A stretch of DNA of 32,000 nt, taken from Mycoplasma mobile 163K (lineage in GTDB: Bacteria; Bacillota_I; Bacilli_A; Mycoplasmatales; Metamycoplasmataceae). The notes beneath the pieces are model-generated. The model had not been told where the DNA came from, did not search any database, and saw only the letters and a program-made list of their open reading frames with translations. Below, piece after piece: positions 10,164 to 21,095 of this stretch. A program made the translations under genes and the position numbers. The DNA lies in contig NC_006908.1 of NCBI RefSeq assembly GCF_000008365.1, forward strand, positions 745,080 to 777,079, read 5' to 3'. Positions within the stretch are counted from its first letter, which is position 1. Each line of letters begins with the position of its first letter.

Positions 10164-10697
10164 TTGAAGAGTTTTTTAAATGGAAATGAAAGAATAAGTA
10201 AAAATTCTATTGCGGATATAAAATTACCTAATGATAGAGAATTAGAAACTATTATCCCGAAAATTAATGCTTATCATAAAGAAGGTAAAGTTACCAAGGT
10301 TATTTTGCAAAAAATTGAAAAAGATGTAGTTTTGAAAAGAAAAAATAAAGGTGTTTTGGATCTAATCTATATAGAATCGAAAACTTTAGAAATTGAGCAT
10401 ATATTTCCACAAAACCCACAGAAAATATCTGATACGGTCGAAAAAGAAAATGGAAATGAAAATAACCATATAAATCAAATTGGAAATTTAATATTAGTTG
10501 AATCAGAAATAAATCAAGAACTTTCAAATAATATTTTTGCAACTAAAAAGGAAACACTAAAAAAATTTAAAGAAAAAGGAAAATTATTTATCTCTAATAA
10601 TGAAATTTTAAATGAAAATGAATGAACAAAAAAACAAATTGAAAAAAGAACTAAAAATATCATAAAAAAAATAAAGAAACTTTATCCTTATTTTTAA
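10164..10697 (+). CDS. DUF1524 (His-Me finger nuclease) C-terminal part of the same frameshifted GmrSD-like gene
   Basis: This frame is open from 10089. Motifs LEIEHIFPQN ... INQIGNLILVESEINQELSN match the DUF1524 pattern (EHI.P ... GNL.L ... N). TGA at 10623 read through to TAA 10695-10697. The start given is the track TTG; the reading frame really continues from the upstream part. Confidence 0.7.
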
Positions 10698-11002
10698 AAA
10701 TTTTAAATTTCTTGATCAATGGCGAAAAATTATATTTTTATTCTCTAAAATTTAAAACTATTTTTTATTTTCTTTTGAAAAATGATTTGTATTTAAAATT
10801 GAATTTTTAAGATTTTGTCTTTTTTCAACATATATTGAATAAAGTTTGATTACTTTTCCATTTTTTGTATTCACATATTGCATAAAATTTTATTTTTTTT
10901 GGCTTGAATTAAAAAATCAATTTTATTAATATTTTTTTGTAGCTTGAAAATTTGATTTATTTGTTATATTGATTCAAAATAGAGATAATAAATTAAAATA
11001 AA

Positions 11003-12901
11003 TTACTTTTCAGGTTTAACAGTATGACTTTTTAAGTGATTAGATAAATTAATATCTTCTGCATAAACAAAAATTCCTTTTGTTCCTCTTGTTAAATTAA
11101 CAAATAACCTATTTAAAAAATAATGAAAATTAAGATTTTCTTTTTCTTTTTTTACAGAATCAGATTTACCTTTTAAAGACCAAACTTGAGATGACATTTC
11201 TCTCATTTCCAATTCGCCAATATTAACTTTCAAATTATTAGTTGTTTTGTCTCAATAAAACATTTTGGGAATGTGAACAAAAACATAATCGAATTCGACT
11301 CCTTGAACTGTATTAAAATAAGCTATATATTCACTTCCTTTTTTATCTAAATTGAAATTTTTAACAAGAGATAAATTTCTCAATTGAGTTGATATTTTTG
11401 TATGAGGACTATTTTTTTGAAATTTCTCTAATCATTCACTATTTGGATTTCATGCATATCTGTGATTTCCTATTTTTACAGATTTTATAGGCATTCCTCT
11501 TTCATCAAGTTCATCTAAATTTCATGTTTGAGTTCAAAAAGATAACATTCTAACGTTGAATTCTTCATACATGCTTTGATATTTACTATTGAATTCTTCA
11601 GATTCTAAAACTTCAAAAGAAAAATAATTCTGGATGAAAAAGTCTTGACCATTGTCTATTTTAAAAATTCAATTTTTTAATCACTCTGTGTATGTGGAAT
11701 CTCCACCATTTCTAAATTGTTCCTCCAAGTCAAAAATTTCAAAAGTAAAATTTGATTTCTTAGCTATTTGAATAATTTCTTCTCTCAAGATACCTTGTTT
11801 GTTTATAACTTGAAAGTCATCAATTAAACAAATAATAAAATTAGCATTTTTAAATAAAGTCTGATAAAAACCACCGGCTGTTATATTGCTTCTTGCTTTA
11901 TGAGCTTCATCAATAATTACAACATCATGTTTTGCGTGCATGTCAGCTCCACCTATGAATTCAACTAAATTGTTGTTTTTTAATTGTGATTTAGCTGCTG
12001 CTCTAAATTCAGGACCTGGAAGCATTAATTTAACACTTTTGTTATGATTTGACATAATATATCCAAGTAATTTAAATGCTATTACAGTTTTCCCAGAGCC
12101 TGCAGCACCTGAAATAAAAACAACATGCTTTTTTGTTTCAAATGATTTTAAAAAAGTTTCTTTTAAGGAGTAGAAAGCTAAACATTGTGAGCTAGATAAT
12201 TTGATATTTTTGAACTCTTCTTTTAAATGGGATATAAAATTTTGAGAAGGTTTGTACTCTAGTTTATCTAATTTTACTAAATCATCGTGCGAAATAGGCT
12301 TGTTAAAAATTGATTTTAAATAATCAACAAAAATATTTGAAGTGCTTGAAGTGTAAGTGGTTACGTTTTCATTAATTGATTTATATTTTATATCTTCGAG
12401 CGGATTTTTGTTTTCAAATTCAAAATTAGGTAAAAAAGCAACAGATTCTACATTAAATATTTTGTTTATATAATCATACTGATTGACTAAATCTCTTTTG
12501 TAATTTAGAGCTTCAAGTCCAGGATGCAAAGATTTTTTGTAAATTGTATAAATATTTAATAAATACGAATTTTCTATCAAAGAAATTTTGCTTCACCCTT
12601 TTAATTCTATTATTAAAATTGTCTTTCTTTCATTATTATTTCCTACGATAATTACATCAATTCTCTTTTTAGATGAAGGGACTTTGTATTCAAGCAAAAC
12701 ATATTGGCTGTTTTTATGTTCTAAGTCATTAAAATAATTAGAAACCTTTCTTAAAGTGCTTCTTCATGATTCTTTTTCCTTTTCAGAAACTGAATAACCT
12801 AATTTACTGCGCATTTCACTTTCAATTTTAATAACAATTGTTCCACTATTTTGGCTACAATCTTCTATAAAGCCTTTAATTGTATTTTCATATATAATCA
12901 T
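11003..12901 (-). CDS. DUF2075-type protein (632 aa): N-terminal PD-(D/E)xK-like nuclease module plus P-loop SF1 helicase-like ATPase
   Basis: ATG 12901 to TAA 11003-11005, hand-translated across eight TGA codons with no TAA or TAG. N-terminus LEYKVPSSKKRIDVIIVG...ILIIELKGW (E-x-K nuclease-like). Walker A ISGAAGSGKT. Walker B VVIIDEAHK. C-terminal LTRGTKGIFVY. Confidence 0.7.
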
Positions 12902-13141
12902 ATAATTTGACACATTTTACCATAAAGTGATTTTTATTTTAATAAAACAATAACTTTAAAATTAATAATTTACAAATAATCAATTATTTAATTAATATTA
13001 AAAATTTTATAATTGATAGATGAGAACAAATGGTTTGAAAAAAATAACAAAAAAGAAATATAACAAAGAACACAACGAATCATAAAAAAATTTTTCTAAA
13101 AAAAATACAAAATTCTAAAAAACTAAATTCAACATTTAAAC

Positions 13142-13318
13142 CTATTATTTTATACTATAATAAAAATGCTAATTTTCTGCTTAGGGGGCAAATATGTATC
13201 GTAAATACTCAGATGGAATAATTGAAGTAATTACAGGTCCTATGTATAGCGGTAAAATTGAAGAATTAATTAAGAGAATTAAAATTTTGCAATTTGCTAA
13301 TATTAAAACTTTAATTGT
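13142..13318. repeat. Direct repeat copy 1 (177 bp): duplicated tdk promoter, RBS and first 125 nt of tdk
   Basis: Identical to 14735-14911 except one substitution (t at 13258 versus g at 14851). The offset is exactly 1593 bp. Confidence 0.9.
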
Positions 13319-13340
13319 AAATAAAATTCTTGTAAGTTAA
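13194..13340 (+). pseudogene. Truncated thymidine kinase fragment (tdk-prime, 48 codons)
   Basis: MYRKYSDGIIEVITGPMYSGKIEELIKRIKILQFANIKTLIV then unrelated NKILVS*. The P-loop GKS is changed to GKI by the single repeat mismatch. Its TAA overlaps the stop of the convergent HNH gene within GTTAAC. Confidence 0.85.
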
Positions 13341-14665
13341 CTATTTTGTTTTCATTTTTTGAAAAAAGTTTCTTTGTGTATTTTAAGAAATGGTTTTATT
13401 GCTTCTAATTTTTTAAATGATGGTGTTTTGACATCTAAATTATAAATTTTTAGCTTTTTACTAAATTCTTTTGTAGTTATTAGCATATAATTTTCATCAA
13501 AAGAAATTATATGTTTGTCAAACAAAGCATCATGATTTGGACAAAGTAAAAAACCGTTATTAGAATTTGATATTTCATTTGATGCTTCTGTATGATTTAA
13601 ATTCTTGTCGTTTTTTATTTGATCAACAGATTTAATATGCGATGCGATTAGAATTTCTTTATCTTTAATTTTACAATACAAAATTTCGCATTTAGATGAT
13701 CTTTCTAGTAATTTTTTTCTAAAATCTAACCTCAATTTGTTTTCTTTTTCAAGTTTAATCACTGTTTGTTTTACAAATTCTGGTGCGATATTTTCGATTG
13801 AAATTTCTTCATTTTCTATTTTTTTATTTGTTTTAAGGTAGAGACTATTGATAATCTTTTTTTCTTGCTTTTGATAAGAAAGTTCTTCTTGATTTGTCAT
13901 TTTAATAAGAACACTGTTTTTAAAATTTAACAAATTATTGTACATTTTATCTATGATTTCCTCTAATGAAAAACTTTTTAAAATTAACTCACGAGAAACT
14001 TTGTAAGTTTTTATAAAATTAGCTCCAAATATATCTATATTTTTTATGTTTTTTTTCATTGGAAAATACTCATAAGAATTAAAAATGTCAAATCTTTCTT
14101 CAAATTTTTCTTCAAATCTTTCTTTTGTTTCATGTCTAAATAAGGATATGAACAATGAAAAACCTAAATTTTTTTGATATTTTGAAGACGAAATGGAAGA
14201 TTCTATCAAAAGATCTATTAAATAATTAGTGAATATGTTTCTATTTTCGACTAATTCAAAAAATTTAGAGGTAAATAAAAATGAAGAATCAGAAATGCCT
14301 TTTATTAAACCAAAGCTTATGAAAATATTTAAATATTGAGTTAAAGTTCAATTAGATGCTTCTTCATTTGATGATGGTGTAATATTATGAGAATAAACTT
14401 TGGCTCCATCTTTTAAAGATAATTCCAATTTAAGTTTATATTTTCCTGAAGGCTCACTATATTTTTTTAAATACATTTCTTCTTTATTAATTTCGATTTC
14501 TTTTATTTCCTCAAATTTTTTCAATAAAGTTTCGATTTTTATTTTTATATCTGAACCTAGTTGCCAAATTTTAGATTGCTGTTTTTGATAATTAGAATTA
14601 GAATGTAATTTTTTTTGCAAATAATAACTATTTAAAATAAATTCGATTTTTTCATATACTGACAT
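13337..14665 (-). CDS. HNH nuclease fusion protein, paralogue 2 (442 aa): unrelated N-terminal region plus HNH_2-type C-terminal domain
   Basis: Track ORFs 14348..14683 and 13352..14209 are joined in frame through TGA 14348-14350 (the 14209 TTG is an internal Leu codon). TGA 13352-13354 is read through to TAA 13337-13339. Likely start ATG 14665 after aaagagg. C-terminus ...SSKCEILYCKIKDKEILIASHIKSV...NNGFLLCPNHDALFDKHIISF aligns with 7554..8675. Confidence 0.75.
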
Positions 14666-14734
14666 ATTTTTTACCTCTTTCAAATAATTTATTCATAATA
14701 GATATTATCCCAAAAATCAAAACTACATCTAAAT

Positions 14735-14911
14735 CTATTATTTTATACTATAATAAAAATGCTAATTTTCTGCTTAGGGGGCAAATATGTATCGTAAATA
14801 CTCAGATGGAATAATTGAAGTAATTACAGGTCCTATGTATAGCGGTAAAAGTGAAGAATTAATTAAGAGAATTAAAATTTTGCAATTTGCTAATATTAAA
14901 ACTTTAATTGT
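14735..14911. repeat. Direct repeat copy 2 (177 bp), the functional tdk promoter and 5-prime end
   Basis: See copy 1. Contains tataat at 14749-14754, the SD-like agggggc, and ATG 14787. Confidence 0.9.
14749..14754 (+). promoter_or_regulatory. Putative -10 box (tataat) of tdk, duplicated at 13156-13161
   Basis: tactataat lies 33 nt upstream of ATG 14787, followed by the SD-like agggggc. No experimental support. Confidence 0.4.
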
Positions 14912-15389
14912 CAAGCAAAAATTTGACACAAGATTTTCTCATAATGAAATTGTGTCTCGTTCAGGAACTAAATTAAATACTATTGTTGCATCTAATGTTG
15001 AAGAGATTAAAAAAGTTTGGAATAATACTTATAAAGCAATTGCAATTGATGAAGTGCAATTCTTTGACAAAGATATTATTAACTATATTGACGAATTAGC
15101 CTCAAAAGGAATTAGAGTTATCATTTCAGGCTTAGACACAGATTTTGCTAGAAAACCTTTTGGTATTATGCCGGAACTTTTAGCAATAGCTGATGATGTT
15201 TTAAAACTTAAAGCTGTTTGTTTTAGTTGTAAAAATGCCGGAACTCATACTTTTAGAATAACTAATGATAAAGATCAAAAACTATTAGGAGATACTGAAT
15301 CATATCAAGCAAGATGCCGTAAATGTCATCTTGAAGGTGAAGAGCAAAAAATCCAAATGGATAATCTAAAATTAAATTTATCACTGTAA
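14787..15389 (+). CDS. tdk: Thymidine kinase
   Basis: GPMYSGKSEELI P-loop, AIDEVQFF Walker B, C-terminal Zn ribbon C-x-x-C ... C-x-x-C (CFSC...CRKC). 200 aa. Confidence 0.95.
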   Translation: MYRKYSDGIIEVITGPMYSGKSEELIKRIKILQFANIKTLIVKQKFDTRFSHNEIVSRSGTKLNTIVASNVEEIKKVWNNTYKAIAIDEVQFFDKDIINYIDELASKGIRVIISGLDTDFARKPFGIMPELLAIADDVLKLKAVCFSCKNAGTHTFRITNDKDQKLLGDTESYQARCRKCHLEGEEQKIQMDNLKLNLSL

Positions 15390-15454
15390 ATAGCAATTTA
15401 TATGATAAATTTTTTTGGTATAATATAATTTATTGTAGAAAATTAGGAGTTAAA

Positions 15455-16393
15455 TTGAATATAAATTATAACAATAAGAAAAGTTTAGGTTATAACAAAC
15501 GAAACAATCGTAGTAATTTTCATACTGAGCGTGCTTCTAATGATTGAAGTTGGTTTTCAGATGCAATAAATAATGAGATTAGCAAAAGAAAAAAACTTAA
15601 GAAACTTATTGTTTTATCTTTAGTTTTTTGAATATTAATTATTACAATAGTTTTTAGTCTAGCAATTACTTATATAATTAGCCCTTTGGGCATTCCTGGA
15701 ACAATTGAAAATACAGGAAATGAATTTGAAACTAATAATCTAAAATTTAATATTCAATTGGGTATTTCAATATTTTTAATTACTCTTTTATTTCTTTTTT
15801 GTTTTATTGTAGTTGTTTTAAATGTTATTTCAGGTATTACAATTTTAGCTTCTGATTGAATTCAAGAAAAAGCTCAATTGTCAAAAATCTTCTATGGATT
15901 TTTAACAATTTTTGTGGCTAGTTTAATTGCAACATCTTTATTTTTAAAATTGATACCAAAATATTATCAAAGAAATTATAAAAATCCATTGGCTCAAAAT
16001 AGTGATGTTAATATTATTAAAGCAAGACAAAAAATTAAAAATTTTGCAATTTTAACAGCTTTTTTGGACACAATATCTGTATTGTTGCTTATTGTAATTG
16101 TTTTACCTTTTACTTTTTTAATTTTAAATCAAAGAATGGTATTTAGTTTTTCTACAACTACTTTTATTATTTTGGGAACAATGCTAGGAAGTTTTGTTTT
16201 AATTTCAATTATTTTAAATATTATTGTGTCTTATTGAATTTTTACAACAAAATGAAATAGTGAAAAAATCAATAAACAAAAACTATTATGAGCTTTTGTT
16301 ACTCTTTTTCTATATGGACCAATTTCAGCTTTAATTTTTATTACTTATATTCCTAAATATAATTTTTCACCATATCTAAGAAAATTAAATTAA
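15455..16393 (+). CDS. Hypothetical polytopic membrane protein (312 aa)
   Basis: TTG 15455 lies 6 nt after aggag, with tggtataat upstream. Track ORF 15878..16237 extended in frame through six TGA codons to TAA 16391-16393. Several hydrophobic helices. Confidence 0.6.
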
Positions 16394-16449
16394 AATTTTC
16401 GTCAAGACTTTTTAAGTTTATTTAAAAATCTTAATATAATATAAAATAT

Positions 16450-17004
16450 ATGGAAAAATATGATGTTAAGTTGATCGAACTACCAAACAAAATTTTGCGT
16501 CAAAAATCTTTAGATATCAATTTACCTTTAAGTCACGAAGACATTGAACTTGCTAAAAAAATGATTTACCACATTAAAAATAGTCAAAGTAAAAATACTA
16601 TTTTTAGACCAGGTGTAGGAGTTGCGGCAGTTCAATATGGAATTTTAAAACAGATGTTTTATGTCTATATTACTGATGAAGACAATAAAGTGGTTTTTGA
16701 AGACTTGATGATAAATCCAAAGGTTTTGGCAAAATCTACTTCTAAAATAGCTTTAAGAACTGGTGAAGGTTGCTTAAGTGTTAATGAAGAACATCCAAAT
16801 CAAGAGGGATATGTTAAAAGAAGTAAAAGAATCGTTGTAAAAGGATATTCTTATTTTAAAAAAGAAGAAGTTACTCATGATTTAAATGGATATCCAGCGA
16901 TTGTTTTCCAGCATGAATTAGATCACCTAAATGGAAAATTGTTCATTGATCATATTGATAAAGAAAATAATTGATTTATAGAAAAAGATTTAGAGCTTTA
17001 TTAA
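16450..17004 (+). CDS. def: Peptide deformylase
   Basis: Motifs GVGVAAVQ, EGCLS and QHELDH. TGA 16972-16974 read through to TAA 17002-17004 (184 aa). Confidence 0.95.
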
Positions 17005-17037
17005 ATTCATATTCATATAAAGAAAAGAGAGTGTAAT

Positions 17038-18852
17038 ATGCAACCTACTAAACTATTTGGTCTTGGAGGAGTGCAAGAAATAGGTAAATCAACTTTTGTT
17101 TTAGAACATAACAAAAAGATTTTTATCATTGATGCAGGAATTAAATTCGCTGATAGCTTTACTACAGGAATTAAAGGAATTATTCCTGATTATTCTTATC
17201 TAAAAGCAAATCAAGATAACATTCAAGCCTTATTTATTACTCATGGTCATGAAGATCATATTGGTGGAATACCTTATTTAGTCGCAACTGTTAAAATTTC
17301 AAAAATTTTTGCTCCTAAAATTGCAATTCAATTTTTAAAATTGAAATTTCAAGAACACAACATTTTGCAAAAAATTGAATTTATTGAAATTGAAAAAGAT
17401 AGTATTCATAAATTCGGAGATGTTGTTGTTGATTTTTGAACAGCTCAACATTCAATTCCTGATGCTTTTGGAATAAGGTTTAAAACAAGTAATGGAACTG
17501 TATTATTTACAGGTGATTTTAGGTTTGACTATCGTCCAATTGGAAACTTTACAGATTTTAGTAAAATTGAGCAAATGGGAAAGGAAGGAGTTACTGTTTT
17601 ATTAAGTGATTCTACTAATGCTATGAGACCAATGCATTCACCAAGTGAAACTGATATTTTAAATGACATTAAAAAATATATTTTAGAAGCTAAAGGAAAA
17701 ACTATCATTACAGCTTTTGCTTCTAATTTAACAAGAATTACAGCAATTATTAAATTAGTGGCTGAAATTGGGAAAAAAGTTGTTGCTTTTGGAAGAAGTA
17801 TGGTCAATGGAATTGAAATAGGAAGAAAATTAGATTATATCGATGTCGAAGACTCTGTTTTTATTGATAAAAAACATTTAAAAAATTATGAAGACAATGA
17901 AATTGTTATTTTAACAACAGGTTCTCAAGGAGAGCAAATGGCTGCTTTATCAAGAATGGCCAACAAAAAACACCCTCAAATCGATATTAAAAGTGGAGAT
18001 ATGATTATTTTTAGTTCAAGTCCAATTCCGGGAAATAGAATTCAAATTGAACTCTTGATTAATAAATTGTATAAATTTGGGGCTGAGATTAAAGAAAATA
18101 AGATTGATGGATACTTGCATACTTCAGGCCACGCTTATAAAGAAGAACATATCAAAATTTTTAACTTAACTAAACCTAAATATTTTTTACCTTATCATGG
18201 TGAGTATCGTATGGCAATTGCTCATGGTAATACAGGAATTGAAACAGGAATTAAAGAAGAAAATGTCATGATTCCTGGAATTGGTGATGTTTATTATATG
18301 AAAAATAATGAGGTTTGGTTATCTGATGAAAAATTAGATTTAAATTCAACTTTTATTGATGGTCAAAATATTTTAACAATTAATAAAGAGGTTTTTAATG
18401 ATCGTTCTCAATTAGGAGAAAGTGGTTTTGTCGATGTTGTAATCGCAATTGATAAATCTAAAAATAATGTTACCTTTAAACCTAAAATTATTTCAAGAGG
18501 ATGTTTTTATGCAAGAAATTCAGTTGAATTACTTGAAGATGTAAGAAATTTGGTCAGAAGTTCGGTAGTTTACCTAATTAAAAATAAAAAAGATTGAACT
18601 GTTCCAGATATCAAGCAAATTGTTGAAGATAGATTGAAACCTTATTTTTACAAAGCAAAAAGAAGAAAACCTATTATTATTACTTCTGTTCTTTTTGTGG
18701 ATGAAATAAATGATTCAATTGAAAATACACAGCCAAAAAAATCTAATTTTAAAAAGAAAAATAAAACTTCTGATAAAAATCCAAACAAAAAGACAAAAGA
18801 TAAAACTTCTAATGAAGATGATTTAGATTTTGATTACGATGGATTAGATTAA
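17038..18852 (+). CDS. rnjA: Ribonuclease J (metallo-beta-lactamase/beta-CASP), 604 aa
   Basis: Three track ORFs (17038, 17575, 18634) are in one frame joined by TGA codons. Motif ITHGHEDHIGG, plus SDSTNA and HTSGHA. Lys/Asp-rich C-terminal tail. Confidence 0.9.
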
Positions 18853-18871
18853 TTGTATTACTTGTTTTATA

Positions 18872-18900
18872 AAAAAAGAAAGCATTATGCTTTCTTTTTT
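18872..18900. terminator. Bidirectional terminator between rnjA and mscL
   Basis: aaaaagaaagca tta tgctttcttttttt hairpin flanked by A and T runs. Confidence 0.7.
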
Positions 18901-18920
18901 TAAATTTGATTTTTTATTGA

Positions 18921-19376
18921 TTAAAGTCTTTTTGCTCTATTTAAAGTTCTTAATTCTTCTAAAATCAATTCATCAGTTGAAGGTTTTGGTGCTGCAACAA
19001 CATAACGTTCTGGGTATTTTTTCTTTAAATTGTCTAGTCTAATATTTCTTATTACAAAGTAAATAAATAGCGCAAAGAAAATAAATAAAGAAACAATAAT
19101 AAATGTTAATAAAGCTGAAATGAAATTTCCGTATCTAATTGTTTGAAATGATAAATCAGAAAAATTATTAATATTAATTCCTAAAGCATTAATTCCGATT
19201 CCAATTGCTCCTAATAAAATATCATTTGCAAATGAAGCAACTAAAGCTCCAAAAACTGTTCCTAATAATAATCCAACTGCTAGCATTAAAATGTTTCCAC
19301 GTTTTAATGCTGATTTTGCTTCATCATAAGATTTAGCTGGGATTGTGTCTTTTTTAAAGGGTTTTTTAATAGCCAT
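18921..19376 (-). CDS. mscL: Large-conductance mechanosensitive channel
   Basis: KRGNILMLAVGLLLGTVFGALVASFANDILL matches the MscL TM1 signature (RGNV.DLAVGV..G.AF). Two TM helices, 151 aa. Confidence 0.85.
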   Translation of the reverse strand: MAIKKPFKKDTIPAKSYDEAKSALKRGNILMLAVGLLLGTVFGALVASFANDILLGAIGIGINALGININNFSDLSFQTIRYGNFISALLTFIIVSLFIFFALFIYFVIRNIRLDNLKKKYPERYVVAAPKPSTDELILEELRTLNRAKRL

Positions 19377-19442
19377 ATTTTTTTCCTTTCTTTTTTGTTT
19401 TTATATTTTGAACTACTTAATTCTACCATAAAAAGAAAAAAA

Positions 19443-19466
19443 CAAAGAACACTTTTGTGTTCTTTG
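19443..19466 (-). terminator. Terminator downstream of nox
   Basis: caaagaacac tttt gtgttctttg, a perfect 10-bp stem followed on the minus strand by a T run. Confidence 0.7.
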
Positions 19467-19485
19467 AAAGTTTTGTTTTATTTAA

Positions 19486-20874
19486 TTATTTTTTTGAATA
19501 ATCAATTCCTAAAGCTTTTAAAATAGGAACTAACATAAAGTTAAATGGTTTGTTAAAGTGTGGTAAGAAATAAACATCCATTAAAGCAATTTCTGGTAAA
19601 GTCATTTGTTTTTGAATTGCAAGAGACATTGCATAAATAATTTCTGTATGAATTGTTTTATCTCATGAACCTACTTGTGCTCCGACTAATCTTAAAGTTT
19701 TTGGATCATAAACAATTTTGAATGCAACTTTTGAATGTGTTTTCATAAATTCAGGACGGTCATTATCTAAAATAAATTCTGATTTAAACTCAAATTCTTT
19801 TAATAAAGTTTTAGCTGCACTCATTGAATAACCTGTTGAAGCATAATGACATCCAAAAACGCTAATTGCATTTGTTCCTTGAACTCCTGGGAATGGAACT
19901 GGAATTCCTGCTGCATCTAAAGCAGCAACAAGACCTGTTTTAACAGCATTAGTTGCTAAAGCTACATGACGGAAATCTTTTGAAGCATTATGATGTAATG
20001 ATGCTGCATCTCCAATAATGTAAATGTTTTCATCGTTTAAAGATCTTTGGAATTGATCAACTTTAATTGAACCATTTTGGTATTTATCAAATAATTCAAA
20101 TCCTTTAATATTTGTAAGTGGTTTAAATCCAATACTTAAAATGACCATTTCTGCTGGATATTCACCTTTATCAGTTACAACTGAAGAAACATTTTTTCCA
20201 TCTTTAGATTTAAATTCAATTAATTTTTCGCCAAATTGTAATTTAACTCCTGCTTTACGCATTCTATTTTCCATTTCATCTGTGAATTCTTCATCAAAAT
20301 ATTTGTCAATTACTCTTGATGCCATATCTATTAGAGTAACTTTTTTTCCTTTTAAGTGAAAAGCTTCTACTAATTCTACTCCAATATAACCTGCACCTAC
20401 AACAACAACATTTTGAACTTTTGCTGAATTTGCTTTTTCATAAATTTTTTGAGCATGTTGGAATACTTTCGCAAGCATAATTCCTTCTAAATTAACTCCA
20501 GGTAGAGGTGGAACGATTGGTCATGTTCCTCCTCCAAAAACTAAAATGTCATATGAATCTTCGAATTCTTTTTTTGAATTATTATCTCTAATAATAACTT
20601 TTTTTTCTTTTGATTTTAATTCAACTAATTCATGTTCTAAATGTAACTTAACACCCATTTCTCTTAAAAGTTGAGGGTTTGAGTAAAATAGTCCATTCGC
20701 ATCATGGAATTCTCCTCCAACTCATAATGCTGTTCCACATCCCAAATAAGATGTATTTGTATTTCTATCGTATGCTACTACTTCATATTCTGGCTTTAAT
20801 TTTCTAATTGTTCTTAAAAAAGAAGTCCCAGCATGATTAGCTCCTACAACAATAATTTTTTTGGTTTTTTTCAT
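19486..20874 (-). CDS. nox: NADH oxidase (FAD-dependent pyridine nucleotide-disulfide oxidoreductase), 462 aa
   Basis: ATG 20874: MKKTKKIIVVGANHAGTSF (FAD fold), SYLGCGTALW redox Cys region, VVVVGAGYIGVE NAD fold, IYIIGDAA. Track ORF 19663..20478 extended through TGA codons on both sides to TAA 19486-19488. Confidence 0.85.
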
Positions 20875-21095
20875 TTTTTCCTTCCGAAATTAACTATATT
20901 TTTACCTTATAATTATAACCTTTATTTAATTGTATAAAGATAAAATTTCTTATTTCACGAAAATTTTGAAGAATTTAAAAATAAAAATACTAAAAATAAA
21001 CAATAAATATCAATTTGTTATAAAATATTATTTAATTAAAGAATACTTTCATTTAAGAAATCTACAATAATCTGATTAATTTAAAGCGAGGTCAA

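Noticed and set aside
10300-10542. Minus-strand ORF antisense to the DUF1524 region
   Set aside because: Shadow ORF. The plus frame carries the conserved EHIFPQ/GNLILVE motifs.
10760-10890. 41-codon minus-strand ORF (MQYVNTKNGKVIKLYSIYVEKRQNLKNS...) between the convergent GmrSD-like and DUF2075 genes
   Set aside because: Too short, with no clear SD and no recognisable motif. It cannot be distinguished from chance in AT-rich DNA.
14400-14588. Plus-strand ORF 14400..14588
   Set aside because: Antisense to the second HNH fusion gene. No SD and a junk-like sequence.
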